DNA from: an uncultured Eubacteriales bacterium
Lineage (GTDB): Bacteria > Bacillota > Sulfobacillia > Fermentithermobacillales > Fermentithermobacillaceae
Assembly (NCBI GenBank): GCA_964406505.1
Contig: CAYORX010000007.1
Span: 10,841-74,840 of the forward strand
DNA: 64,000 nt
Reading direction: 5' to 3'
Below the pieces are notes generated by a model, which saw nothing but the letters and a program-made list of their open reading frames with translations, was not told the DNA's origin and searched no databases. Below are positions 27,639 through 37,553 of the stretch, piece by piece. A program made the position numbers and the translations under genes. How positions within the stretch are numbered: position 1 is the first letter of the stretch; each line of letters opens with the position of its first letter.

Positions 27639-28454
27639 TTATTTGGCTGCAACCGTCGAACTTGTTAACAACATACGATCATTTACATATCCTTTACCAC
27701 TATGAGCCTCAAACAAACTAAGAACATCTTGTGGTGTCATTTGTCTTCTATCATCACCTTTGATGTTTTGTACGATCTGTCCTTCATGCATCATAATAGT
27801 CCTATTACCCATAGCTAAAGAATCAGCAATATTATGGGTAACCATTAAAGTCGTCAAACCTAAAGTCCTGACCAGTTTTTCTGTAAGTTCCAACACTTTT
27901 CTGCCGGTTTTAGGGTCTAACGACGCAGTGTGCTCATCTAATAGCAAAAGCCTAGGTTGATTAAACACCGCCATCAGAAGCGTTAACGCTTGCCTTTGCC
28001 CCCCCGACAACAGACCTACGGGAGCCTTAAGCCGATTTTCTAGGTCCAATCCAAAACGAGATAATTCTTTCTTCATACGAGTTTGTTGTTTTTCATCAAT
28101 GGCTTTTCTAAATCCTCTGTTGTGTCCTCTACGGGCCGCAATTGACAAATTTTCTTCTATTGTCATGGTAGCTGCAGTGCCCACCATAGGATCTTGGAAT
28201 ACGCGCCCGATAAACGCCGCTCTTTTGTAGCCAGGAACATCGGTAATATCCTTTCCATCTAAAAAAATTTTCCCATGCTCTAGAGAAAACACACCAGCTA
28301 TAGCGTTTAGCATAGTAGACTTACCCGCCCCGTTGCTTCCGATTACGGTTACAAAATCTCCTGGTTTCAATGTTAGATCTAGGTCGTGTAAAACTCTTTT
28401 TTCATTGACGCTATCTTGATTAAAAATCTTAGTTATTCTCTTCAGCCGGAGCAT
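27639..28454 (-). CDS. ABC transporter ATP-binding protein
   Basis: GSNGAGKST, LSGGQRQ, LLLDEHTASLD. 271 aa. Overlaps the upstream permease by 26 nt. Confidence 0.85.
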   Translation of the reverse strand: MLRLKRITKIFNQDSVNEKRVLHDLDLTLKPGDFVTVIGSNGAGKSTMLNAIAGVFSLEHGKIFLDGKDITDVPGYKRAAFIGRVFQDPMVGTAATMTIEENLSIAARRGHNRGFRKAIDEKQQTRMKKELSRFGLDLENRLKAPVGLLSGGQRQALTLLMAVFNQPRLLLLDEHTASLDPKTGRKVLELTEKLVRTLGLTTLMVTHNIADSLAMGNRTIMMHEGQIVQNIKGDDRRQMTPQDVLSLFEAHSGKGYVNDRMLLTSSTVAAK

Positions 28455-29343
28455 TCAACCACCTTCTGACCCCGAAAGTTTTCCTTTTAAATCTAAACCT
28501 TGGTAAAGACAATGCAAAAATTACTAATACTGCAGTAACCAATTTTAAATCGGTTGTCTGAAGCCCCATTCTAAGGGCTAAGGAAATTACAATTCTATAA
28601 GTTAGGGAACCGCATATGACCGAAACTAAAGACCTTGGGATTGAACGAGGAGATATCAAAGTTTCTCCTATGATGACTGCTGCAAGACCTGATACTATGG
28701 TACCTACACCCATACCCATATCCGCAAAACCCTGCAGTTGCGCCACTGTCGCGCCTGATAAAGCAACCAATGCGTTTCCCAAAGACAGTCCAAGCACCTT
28801 CATCCGGTCTACATTAACTCCTTGGCTTTCAACCATAATCTCATTGTCACCTGTACCTCTAAGCGCTAAACCGATCTCTGTTCTGAAAAACCAACACAAG
28901 AACAGTATAATCGTTACGATTAAGATGATACCGAAACATACCCATCGGTATTGATTAGGCACCCCTAAACCCAAAAGACCATTTGCCACCGTTTCGGCCC
29001 CTAATATAGGTAAGTTAGCTCTACCCATAATTCTTAAATTAACCGAATAAAGACCAGTCATAGTTAAAATCCCAGCTAATAATGGTTCTATCCCAAACTT
29101 AGTATGCAAAACGCCTGTAATTAAGCCCGATAAAGCGCCGACGGCCGGGGCAAAGGCAAAACCTAACCACGGACTGTAATTTTTGCTAATTAGCACCGCT
29201 ACAACCGATGCCCCTAATGTGATACTGCCATCAACTGTTAGATCCGGAAAATCCAATACTTTATAAGTGATATGTACCCCTAGGGCCATCACTCCAAAAA
29301 CTAAACCTAATTCCACCGCCCCTAATAAAACCCTAAAAGTCAA
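28429..29343 (-). CDS. ABC transporter permease (partner of ABC_sub_bind/DUF534-type binding protein)
   Basis: 304-aa polytopic membrane protein between the SBP and ATPase genes. Confidence 0.7.
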   Translation of the reverse strand: MTFRVLLGAVELGLVFGVMALGVHITYKVLDFPDLTVDGSITLGASVVAVLISKNYSPWLGFAFAPAVGALSGLITGVLHTKFGIEPLLAGILTMTGLYSVNLRIMGRANLPILGAETVANGLLGLGVPNQYRWVCFGIILIVTIILFLCWFFRTEIGLALRGTGDNEIMVESQGVNVDRMKVLGLSLGNALVALSGATVAQLQGFADMGMGVGTIVSGLAAVIIGETLISPRSIPRSLVSVICGSLTYRIVISLALRMGLQTTDLKLVTAVLVIFALSLPRFRFKRKTFGVRRWLNAPAEENN

Positions 29344-29361
29344 CCAAATTCACCTCTGGTT

Positions 29362-30378
29362 TTACTCGGTTATAATTTCCACTGCTTTGTCCAATATTTC
29401 TTGTGGCACATCTACATTGACTAACTCTGCAACCTTCAGATTCACTATCACTGACACTTCATCTTGAGTTTCTACAGGAATATTCGCGGGACTTTCTCCC
29501 TGAATAATTTTTAAAGCTTGTTTGCCGGTTTTCTCTCCAAGTTTGTAATAATCGACTCCGGCAGTTGCTAATCCACCTCTAGCTACAGAATCGCCCTCTC
29601 CTGGGAACAAAGGTATGTTCTCTTCATGACATACTTTTACAACACCCTCAAAAGCAGAAACTACCGTGTTATCTGTCGGAACATATATGGCATCAACTCT
29701 ACCTATTAAAGATTGTGCGGCTTGCAAAACCTCGCTAGAATTAGTCGGCGTCGCTTCTATTACCGTAAGTTGGTTGTCTTCGGCGTATCGTTTCACTTCA
29801 TCTACCTGTACTAAAGAGTTTTCTTCACCAGAATTATAAATAACGCCTAACGTTTCTATCTCGGGCACAATCGCTGTTGCCAACTCCAATTGAGTACTTA
29901 TAGATACATAATCAGAGGTACCTGTTACGTTAGTATTTGGTTTGTCCATGCTTTCAACTAGCTTTGCTCCTACAGGATCAGTTACAGCAGTAATCAAAAT
30001 AGGAGTTTCATCTGTTACGTTTGCCATTGCTTGAGCGGCAGGGGTAGCAATAGCTAGAATCAGATTGAATTCATCTTCTGCAAACTGTTGCGCAATAGAC
30101 CTGATAGTCGGCTGATCTCCTTCGCCATTTTTGATAACGACATCTAGTTGTTTTCCTTCTTCATACCCATTAGCCTTTAATACATCAAGAAAACCTTCCC
30201 GGGTAGCATCTAGCGATGGATGAGTTGCAAATTGAATGATTCCTATTCTTATCATTTCGGTTTCCGTAGCACTGCTTATCCCTTCCTGGGAAACGCAACC
30301 ACTAAGGTAAGCTACCGACAAACTGATTACCATTAACACCGCCAATTTGACTTTCAGTTTAAGCAAATTCTGTTTCAT
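29362..30378 (-). CDS. ABC transporter substrate-binding lipoprotein, ABC_sub_bind (DUF534) type
   Basis: Lipobox LSGC. IGIIQFATHPSLDATREGF..ILAIATPAAQA.. is typical of the DUF534 family (often annotated as putative Trp/Tyr transport). Confidence 0.7.
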   Translation of the reverse strand: MKQNLLKLKVKLAVLMVISLSVAYLSGCVSQEGISSATETEMIRIGIIQFATHPSLDATREGFLDVLKANGYEEGKQLDVVIKNGEGDQPTIRSIAQQFAEDEFNLILAIATPAAQAMANVTDETPILITAVTDPVGAKLVESMDKPNTNVTGTSDYVSISTQLELATAIVPEIETLGVIYNSGEENSLVQVDEVKRYAEDNQLTVIEATPTNSSEVLQAAQSLIGRVDAIYVPTDNTVVSAFEGVVKVCHEENIPLFPGEGDSVARGGLATAGVDYYKLGEKTGKQALKIIQGESPANIPVETQDEVSVIVNLKVAELVNVDVPQEILDKAVEIITE

Positions 30379-30444
30379 GATGTTCCCCCTTATAATTTAG
30401 GAAAAATTTGTTTGAAACTTAATCTCCGTACTACGGCAGACTTT

Positions 30445-30700
30445 CGGCCAATAAAAAAACTTCTCGTCCGTTAGGGACGAAAAGTCTGTTTTCGCGGTAC
30501 CACCCTAGTTGGCAGACTAGCTGCCCGCTTTGTGAACAGTACGGGAGATTACTCCGATACCTTTTCCTTTTAACGGCGGATTCCCGGCCAAGACTACTAT
30601 GAATTCACCTTAGCAGTTTAGAAGGGAACTTCAGCTGGTTTCGTTTTAAATGTGCTTTCAGTCACGGCACTTTCTCCCTAGAAAACTAACCCAACTTACT
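30445..30700 (-). promoter_or_regulatory. T-box riboswitch leader with intrinsic terminator, controlling the ABC transporter operon
   Basis: Minus strand contains UAGGGUGGUACCGCG (T-box consensus AGGGUGGNACCGCG) at 30494-30509. A terminator follows immediately: CUUUUCGUCC-cuaa-GGACGAGAAG + UUUUUUUAUU at 30451-30485, ~70 nt upstream of the SBP start. Confidence 0.7.
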
Positions 30701-30741
30701 TTCCTTCATCATTACTTTTGACAAAATTTTATCTTTGACCT

Positions 30742-30770
30742 ATTGTAGTCGACTAATTCTTCATTGTCAA
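30742..30770 (-). promoter_or_regulatory. sigma-A-type promoter TTGACA-17 nt-TACAAT for the T-box leader
   Basis: Minus strand TTGACAatgaagaattagtcgacTACAAT. -35 at 30765-30770, -10 at 30742-30747. Confidence 0.6.
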
Positions 30771-30811
30771 TTTGTTTTAGAAAATTTATGTTGCACCTTA
30801 CTTGTAAAACC

Positions 30812-31918
30812 TTAACTTTCGAAGCAGCAAAGTTCTTGATACAAAGCGCGATGATATCGAACTTCTGTTATAAGTCCTATGTTCTTTCTATAAGATAAAT
30901 GCTCTATCAATGAAACGGCATAATAAGCTTGGCGCAAAGATGTTCGATAATCTATCCCAACATTTTTGAAATACTGTTGTAAAGCATGATCATAAATACC
31001 AGACGCATAATTTAATAATGGTTTGGGATTACCGCCCATCTTTTCTGATGAAAACAAACGAAATAAATCGTAGAAGAACACATATTCTCCATTATGTTCC
31101 CAATCTAAGACATGCCATGTTCTCCCATCATACAATATATTTTCCGAATGCAAATCTCCGTGACCAGGCATGAGTGGAATAGGTAATTCGACGATAGGCT
31201 CGAGCTTCCAACACAAATATTTGAAAAAATGATCTGGTATGTATTCACGCAGTGAGTCATCTTTTAAGTAATCTTTGACAATTTTATACGAATATATCGT
31301 CACTTGCTCCAAAAACAACTTATATTGCTCAAACAGTTCATATATTACTTTTCCCACTTCATCGGATTCCCAAACAGCCAACACCTTACCACATAAAAGG
31401 GGTTCAATACAAATATGCTCTGCATTGAATTTGATTCTAGTTTGTCGAGGAGCACTCAACAAATTGCGCAATGTTTTATCGCCTGAAATACTACGCAAAT
31501 ATCCATCTTCATTTTTATATCTAGTCATCACCAAATTTTCTCGTAAATCAAATATCCTTATATTATCTGCACTGCTCAAAAACAAAACAGTTCCTTTACC
31601 AAACTGCGTAATTGATTTTGGAGTACCGTCAGATTCTAGCAAGATTTTACTTCGTAAAACGTTCTTAACGATAAACCTAAGTTTCCCTAAAACCCCGCCA
31701 GTAGCATCTTTTGTGTTTCCAAAATTACTTTGGATGTATCGTTTTGTTTGTAGATCGGATTTATACGCTAGATTACCTAATATGATATATGTTCCTGGCT
31801 CTAAATATTGCGACATTTCTTTGACCAGGCGTTTAACTTTATTACGTCTGGACAGATAATTTATTAAAGTTTTAAGTGCCCTAAATAGGAAATCCACATA
31901 TTCTACCCCGCTTCCCAC
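30812..31918 (-). CDS. phosphotransferase of the APH/choline-kinase (protein-kinase-like) family
   Basis: HGDLHSENILYDG...HVLDWEH matches the catalytic-loop/Mg-binding motif HGDLHxxNxL...DWE of APH-family kinases. 368 aa. Confidence 0.6.
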   Translation of the reverse strand: MGSGVEYVDFLFRALKTLINYLSRRNKVKRLVKEMSQYLEPGTYIILGNLAYKSDLQTKRYIQSNFGNTKDATGGVLGKLRFIVKNVLRSKILLESDGTPKSITQFGKGTVLFLSSADNIRIFDLRENLVMTRYKNEDGYLRSISGDKTLRNLLSAPRQTRIKFNAEHICIEPLLCGKVLAVWESDEVGKVIYELFEQYKLFLEQVTIYSYKIVKDYLKDDSLREYIPDHFFKYLCWKLEPIVELPIPLMPGHGDLHSENILYDGRTWHVLDWEHNGEYVFFYDLFRLFSSEKMGGNPKPLLNYASGIYDHALQQYFKNVGIDYRTSLRQAYYAVSLIEHLSYRKNIGLITEVRYHRALYQELCCFES

Positions 31919-31963
31919 CCGTTAGATATTAAAATTGCTACGGTAAACTACTTTGTTCTTGCG

Positions 31964-34069
31964 TTAAACTCCTGATGCATAATAACGAAACCAGTTTAAC
32001 ATTCTTTCAAACCGATCAAATCTGTGAAGCGGTTTCAAAAATCCATGAAATTCATCTGGATATCTAACAAACACAGCAGTTTTTCCGAGTTGTCTAAAGG
32101 ATAAGTAAAATTCTTCTGATTGTGAAACAGGACACCTTAAATCACCGTCACCATGAATAAACATGACAGGCGTTGTGACTTTAGGTACATAAGAAATAGG
32201 GGGCCTTTCTAAATACTTTTCGGACACTTTCCAAGGGAGTCCCCCCACATGGTGTTCAGCGAACATCGGTATATCACTTGTACCCCACATGCTGTGCCAA
32301 TTAGAAATGATAGCCCCTGCCGCTGCCGCCTTAAAACGATCTGTTTGGGTGATTATCCAACCTGTCACAAACAGTCGCGATGGGTCGGCGATACGTATTG
32401 TTACCACATAATCTATACCTGCCATTATATCAAGATAGTCAGCATCCCTCCAATCCCCTACACAAGCATAAACGAACTTTTGACCATACGATTGCGACCC
32501 ACGAGGGTTAGTATACAATACGGCGACGGCGCAATTTTCGCTTCCAAATATCTGGCATTGGAACATGAACGCAGAGCCATATACACCGTGTGGCCCACCA
32601 TGTATGAACAGCACCGTTGGAAAGATAAGGTCGACGTTTTCAGTATAATTCACTGGATACACTAGATAACCGTCTGTATCCCATCCCTTGGCACCTTTAT
32701 AGGTAAACCGTTCACATGCACCAAGAACATAATCCGTTAACCACGTATTCAAATCGGTAAGTTTAGTCAATTGCAAATCCGCCTCAGCACTTTCGTCAAA
32801 CAAATATAGGTCGTCAGGTGTTTCAGACGAACCAATTTGAAGCATCACGGTTTTTTCAAGGCCTCTTGATTGGTTAATATGCGACACAGTCTGATAGCGG
32901 CCATACCATACCGATTTGATCAATGGTTCAGAACTCGATTTATCGTTATTACAGTCGATTTGAAGTCGAAAAACTCCCGTTGCACCTTGGTCGCTTGCCA
33001 AAAACGTAATCGTATTCGGATCTTCCCAAAAATAAGGAGGGTTCGGAGAGAAGTAACGCATATCAGGAGATACGTAATTGCCTATAGGCCTATCAAATTG
33101 TTTAGTCAAATTTTTCGCGTTGTTCATCGAAAGTGGTTTCAAATCAAAAGATTCTTCTTGCGAATTTAGTTTTTCCACAAATAAAGCAACGTCAATCACC
33201 CAAAGTGCAGTAGTGGTAGAATTTTTGTATTTTACGTCGTGTCCCAAAAAAACTATTTTTTTACCGTTAGGAGACCAACGTGGAGCCCTTATCGAGCCTG
33301 TGCCATCGATCAGCCAAACGGTTCTGCCCGTAGATATTTCAAGCAACCAAAAGCCTTGTTTTTGAACATAATCGGCATCTTTCCGTCTTAATGCCGAAAT
33401 GACAAGATGTTTGCCATCAGGCGACAAATCTGAATCTAGATAATTATAATTTCTGTTAGTAAGACGCCCTACGAAACTTATGATTTCTGAAAATTCAGGT
33501 ACATTGATAGGAAAGTTAACCATATGTGAGTGGGAAGTCATATCGCCGAAATAACCCTCGCCGTCGAATCGATAAGATAACCGCGTAATGACCTTGATTT
33601 TAGATTCGACGCCTAGTGGTTTTTGCTTTATACCGTTTGAGCGATCATTATCGCCCTTTTTTAAAGTTTCGGTTTTACTATCCAAAAAATCAACGCTAGC
33701 CTGACACTCAGCCCTAAGTCTATCCCATTTAGGCGCACCCGGGTGCGGAATCCAATTATCGTCTTTAGCGAAAACTTTAGATGTAAACACAATATGTATC
33801 CCATCAGGTGCCCTTTTAGGTGCTCCGATTACACTTTGTTCTGTACATAAATGCCATGGTTCACCCCTGTCAGCCTGAGACACCACAAATAAAACCTTTG
33901 TATCATCTGGTGACACTTGTGCGTCCCCTACATTTTTAAACTTATATAAATCTTCAAGTTTCAAGGTCTGAGAATCACTAGGTTTGTTATCCCGATTTTT
34001 GTTAAATTCCCAACCGTTTCGTTTAAAATTATCATTAAAAGCGTCATCGGCGTTTTTGGACCTCATCAT
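31964..34069 (-). CDS. S9 (prolyl-oligopeptidase/acylaminoacyl-peptidase) family homolog with non-canonical nucleophile elbow
   Basis: N-terminal beta-propeller-like region plus a C-terminal alpha/beta-hydrolase core (FIHGGPHG..NPRGSQSYG.. ..IHGDGDLRCP.. ..YPDEFHGF). Where GGSYGG is expected the sequence reads TGWIITQ (codons GGT TGG ATA ATC ACC CAA, no frameshift). Confidence 0.6.
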   Translation of the reverse strand: MMRSKNADDAFNDNFKRNGWEFNKNRDNKPSDSQTLKLEDLYKFKNVGDAQVSPDDTKVLFVVSQADRGEPWHLCTEQSVIGAPKRAPDGIHIVFTSKVFAKDDNWIPHPGAPKWDRLRAECQASVDFLDSKTETLKKGDNDRSNGIKQKPLGVESKIKVITRLSYRFDGEGYFGDMTSHSHMVNFPINVPEFSEIISFVGRLTNRNYNYLDSDLSPDGKHLVISALRRKDADYVQKQGFWLLEISTGRTVWLIDGTGSIRAPRWSPNGKKIVFLGHDVKYKNSTTTALWVIDVALFVEKLNSQEESFDLKPLSMNNAKNLTKQFDRPIGNYVSPDMRYFSPNPPYFWEDPNTITFLASDQGATGVFRLQIDCNNDKSSSEPLIKSVWYGRYQTVSHINQSRGLEKTVMLQIGSSETPDDLYLFDESAEADLQLTKLTDLNTWLTDYVLGACERFTYKGAKGWDTDGYLVYPVNYTENVDLIFPTVLFIHGGPHGVYGSAFMFQCQIFGSENCAVAVLYTNPRGSQSYGQKFVYACVGDWRDADYLDIMAGIDYVVTIRIADPSRLFVTGWIITQTDRFKAAAAGAIISNWHSMWGTSDIPMFAEHHVGGLPWKVSEKYLERPPISYVPKVTTPVMFIHGDGDLRCPVSQSEEFYLSFRQLGKTAVFVRYPDEFHGFLKPLHRFDRFERMLNWFRYYASGV

Positions 34070-34142
34070 CTACACCCCCTCCCCATTCTTTAGGATGAGG
34101 TTCGCCGCATATATTCGGTTTTCCTTTGCCTCATTTCTTTAC

Positions 34143-35696
34143 CTAAGGTGCTTGAAGAAAAACCAGAGTGCCTAACATAGTCTGGCATCCAACTAAAAAC
34201 AAAAGCCAAAAACAATATGGCAAGCATTTTGTCAAGAGGTCACCTTCACGCCCTATAAGTCCAGTGGTACTAGAACCCAAAAGTACTTTTGATGGTGCTA
34301 TTGACGAAGCTAAAGATGCCCCTACGGTTTGAGAAGCAGCGATTAAAGTTTTGCTGAGCCCCAACGAACTCGCGGTTTCCATTTGAAATGCTCCAAATAA
34401 GACGTTAGCGTTTGTGTTACTACCCGTCATAAAGCATCCTAATGCACCGATGAAAGTCGAAACAATTGGGAATATTCCTGAAGCAACCTTCGATACTCCA
34501 ATAGCTAACTCTCGAGTCATACCTGTATCATTCATAACCAGCGCCATCATTACCATAGTCAAAACTCCAAGAGTTGTGGGGATGCATTGTTTTATGGTTG
34601 TCTTTGCCGCAGCTCCAACATTGTGTGATTTTATTAAGCCTTTTCGGAGAAACAATACCATCCCTAAAACTGCCGATAAACCTATAATAGGTGCAGGGTG
34701 AGAAAATATGCCTATAGCAGCGTAACTCTTCTCGGCAGCCACTTCATAGCCCAAATGAGTGGTCAAAGCAGGGTAGTCAAACCCCAATTTGTAAGGTGCA
34801 AAGAAAGTTTTCACTACAGGTATTTGAGATACAAACGTAAGTAACAAAAGTATTAGGTATGGCGCACCAGCCAATTTTGCAGGTTGGTAAGGATTCTTGA
34901 CATCTTTTCTGTTTCTATCTGCCGACTTGCTCGGTTTTCTAGCGCCTAAAAAAACGATAATTACAACTCCCAACAAAGAACCTAGCAACGAAGCAACTTG
35001 CGCTAAATTTGCTTTGACGGTCACCCATTGAACGGTACCCATAATAAGGCCAACGAGGATAATATACTTTAATCCGCGGCGAACGCCTTGCCAACTTTCG
35101 ACAATGTGAGCGACAGCAACTCCGGACAATATAGTCGGCAAAATGAAAGATAGTCCTACCCAATGGCCAAGTATATCTGGCGAAATCTTCGTTGCTAAAA
35201 GCAAAGTATAGTACGATGCACCCATCGAACCAAAGGTAATCGACCAGGCATGTCCCACCAACGTCGCAGCAGCTGAAATAAGCGGAGGAAAACCCACAGC
35301 GATCATTAAAGGTGCGCACACAGCCACTGGAACCCCGTAACCGGCCACAGCCTGAATAACTCCAGTTAAGCACCAAGCCATCAACAGCCCAAGAAGAAGG
35401 TTATCATCAGATAATGCCGTCATTAATTTCGATACCTCAGGGAGCAAGCCTGTCTCGTGCACTAATTGAAACATAAACGATGAAGTCCAAATTATCAATA
35501 CAACAAATAAAGTAAGGCTAACCCCCTTAGCTGACGCCATTGCCAATAAAAATGGGTAGCCGCCAAAAAAACTTCCTCCGACAAATAAAGCTACAATCCA
35601 AGCAACCAGCCCAGACCTGCCGGATTTCCATTTAAGACCTAAAAGCGTAAAGAGAAGAATGACAACTGGGCTAGAAGCCAGAATCCACCGAATCAT
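34143..35696 (-). CDS. lctP: L-lactate permease (LctP family)
   Basis: C-terminal ..TGSNTNANVLFGAFQ..IAASQTVGASLASSIAPSKVLLG.. aligns with E. coli LldP TGSDTSSNALFAALQ... Start ATG at 35696 (MIRWIL..) behind AGGGGGAA (track: 35732). Confidence 0.75.
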   Translation of the reverse strand: MIRWILASSPVVILLFTLLGLKWKSGRSGLVAWIVALFVGGSFFGGYPFLLAMASAKGVSLTLFVVLIIWTSSFMFQLVHETGLLPEVSKLMTALSDDNLLLGLLMAWCLTGVIQAVAGYGVPVAVCAPLMIAVGFPPLISAAATLVGHAWSITFGSMGASYYTLLLATKISPDILGHWVGLSFILPTILSGVAVAHIVESWQGVRRGLKYIILVGLIMGTVQWVTVKANLAQVASLLGSLLGVVIIVFLGARKPSKSADRNRKDVKNPYQPAKLAGAPYLILLLLTFVSQIPVVKTFFAPYKLGFDYPALTTHLGYEVAAEKSYAAIGIFSHPAPIIGLSAVLGMVLFLRKGLIKSHNVGAAAKTTIKQCIPTTLGVLTMVMMALVMNDTGMTRELAIGVSKVASGIFPIVSTFIGALGCFMTGSNTNANVLFGAFQMETASSLGLSKTLIAASQTVGASLASSIAPSKVLLGSSTTGLIGREGDLLTKCLPYCFWLLFLVGCQTMLGTLVFLQAP

Positions 35697-35924
35697 TTTT
35701 TGATTCCCCCTAGAATTTCGACACTGAATCACTGTTCAACAACCTAATTTTAATTCTTATTGTGGTATCAATACCATTCCTATGTCTAAGCTGATTGAAT
35801 TCCATAACATAATCAACCTATAAGACAAATCTGTTTTCGAAATACTCTAGCTCGCCTAAATTGGCAAAGGAAAATGGACATGCTTCAAGAAAACTACAAA
35901 TGCAAATGTGGAGGTGTTTAACCG

Positions 35925-37517
35925 TTGGCAAAATTAACCAATATTCACCGCCCCGCAATAATGAGTCGTAAAGGGATGGTTGTAGCAGGCCATCACCTAG
36001 CAGCACAAGCCGGGGCTTCTGTTTTGCATTCAGGAGGAAATGCAGTTGATGCTGCAATCACTGCGGCAGCGATATTGACAGTAGTTAAACCAGATGCATG
36101 TGGGCTGGGCGGTGATCTTTTTGCACTTATATATAATCAGCAGGAAAACACGATAAGAGCTTATCTTGGCAGCGGTGCAGTGCCAAAACAAGCCCCTGTA
36201 GAACGTTTTTTGAAGAATGGAATCCCTAACCGTGGTCCTTTAGCGTCCACAGTTCCAGGTATGGTTTCCGCCTGGGAAAAGATGATTTCTGATAGCGGGC
36301 AATGTACTCTTGGAGATGCTCTTGAACCTTCAATTGCAATCGCATCTGAAGGTTTTCCTGTGTCCTATTTTTTAAATGAAGCTATAATTCGCGCTCGCCA
36401 AACCATAAGTCAATTTTCCGAAACGGCAAATATTTTCATCCCCGACGGGCATGTGCCCAAGCCGGGTCAGCTTTTGCGCCAACCCGATCTGTCTAACTCT
36501 TTAGAAGAAATCGCCGAAAATGGAGCACTTGCGTTCTATGAAGGCCCCATTGCTCATAAAATCACAAACTACCTTGGACGGCTTGGGAGCGCGCTTAGTG
36601 CAGAAGATCTTAGTAAGCAAACTACCATGGTCACGGATCCTTTGGTAACCACTTATCGCGGCGTCAATTTATTAACGGTCCCACCCGTATCCCCGGGATT
36701 GGCAACGCTAGCGGCTTTGAATATTCTTGAAAACCTTCAATTCCATCCAGATTCTGGCGAAGGTGTGCACCTTACGATTGAAGCCATGAAATTGGCGCTG
36801 GGCGACCTAAAAGCATACGTGGCGGATCCATCAGCAATTAATATCAACATTCAACAACTATTAGACAAAACGTATGCATCAAAACGACGACGTCTTATTA
36901 ACCGTACAAAAGCGCTTGAACAGCCATCAGCAGGGTTTTTACAAAAACTTGGAGGCGACACCGCATATGTCGGAGTTGTAGACAATGATGGTAATGCCGT
37001 TTCGTTGATTCAGAGCGTGTTTTGGGATTTTGGCTCCGGAGTTACGATACCGGGCACAGGTATCGTTTTAAACAATCGTATGTCTAGTTTCGATATTGAC
37101 CCTTCAAGTCCTAATTGCGTAGCACCCGGAAAACGTGCACTTCATACCCTTCAAAGTCTGATGCTAATGAAAGACAAACAATTGTTAGGTGTGATGGGTT
37201 GTCCCGGCGGAAAGAACCAAGGACAGCTTCAGTTTAACCTACAAATATTAACTTCACTTTTAAATGGGAATATAAACCCTCAATTAGCCGTAGAAAGACC
37301 GCGCTGGCGTTTTGAAGGTGGTAAGAAAATTGTGTGCGAAAGCAACTTGCCAAAAAAAATTGTTTCTTATTTATTAGATGCGGGTCATGATATAGAATTT
37401 TTAGATCCGCTCGCCCAAGAATTGGGAAGCGCTAAAGTGATCTACGTAGATCCTATCAATTCTACATTGATGGCAGCGGCAGACCCGCGTCGCGAGGCAT
37501 ACGCAATAGGTTTTTAG
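35925..37517 (+). CDS. gamma-glutamyltransferase family protein (second paralog), no signal peptide
   Basis: MVVAGHHLAAQAGASVLHSGGNAVDA.., ..GGDTAYVGV.. 530 aa. TTG start behind GGAGGTG. Confidence 0.8.
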   Translation: MAKLTNIHRPAIMSRKGMVVAGHHLAAQAGASVLHSGGNAVDAAITAAAILTVVKPDACGLGGDLFALIYNQQENTIRAYLGSGAVPKQAPVERFLKNGIPNRGPLASTVPGMVSAWEKMISDSGQCTLGDALEPSIAIASEGFPVSYFLNEAIIRARQTISQFSETANIFIPDGHVPKPGQLLRQPDLSNSLEEIAENGALAFYEGPIAHKITNYLGRLGSALSAEDLSKQTTMVTDPLVTTYRGVNLLTVPPVSPGLATLAALNILENLQFHPDSGEGVHLTIEAMKLALGDLKAYVADPSAININIQQLLDKTYASKRRRLINRTKALEQPSAGFLQKLGGDTAYVGVVDNDGNAVSLIQSVFWDFGSGVTIPGTGIVLNNRMSSFDIDPSSPNCVAPGKRALHTLQSLMLMKDKQLLGVMGCPGGKNQGQLQFNLQILTSLLNGNINPQLAVERPRWRFEGGKKIVCESNLPKKIVSYLLDAGHDIEFLDPLAQELGSAKVIYVDPINSTLMAAADPRREAYAIGF

Positions 37518-37553
37518 ATCGCTTATAATTATCTTATGGCTGGACTCATTTTC

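Noticed and set aside
32320-32400. Frameshift or sequencing error as the cause of the missing S9 catalytic serine
   Set aside because: The codons GGT TGG ATA ATC ACC CAA are in frame with conserved sequence on both sides, and no single indel regenerates GxSxG. It is therefore treated as a genuine substitution, pending a proper alignment.
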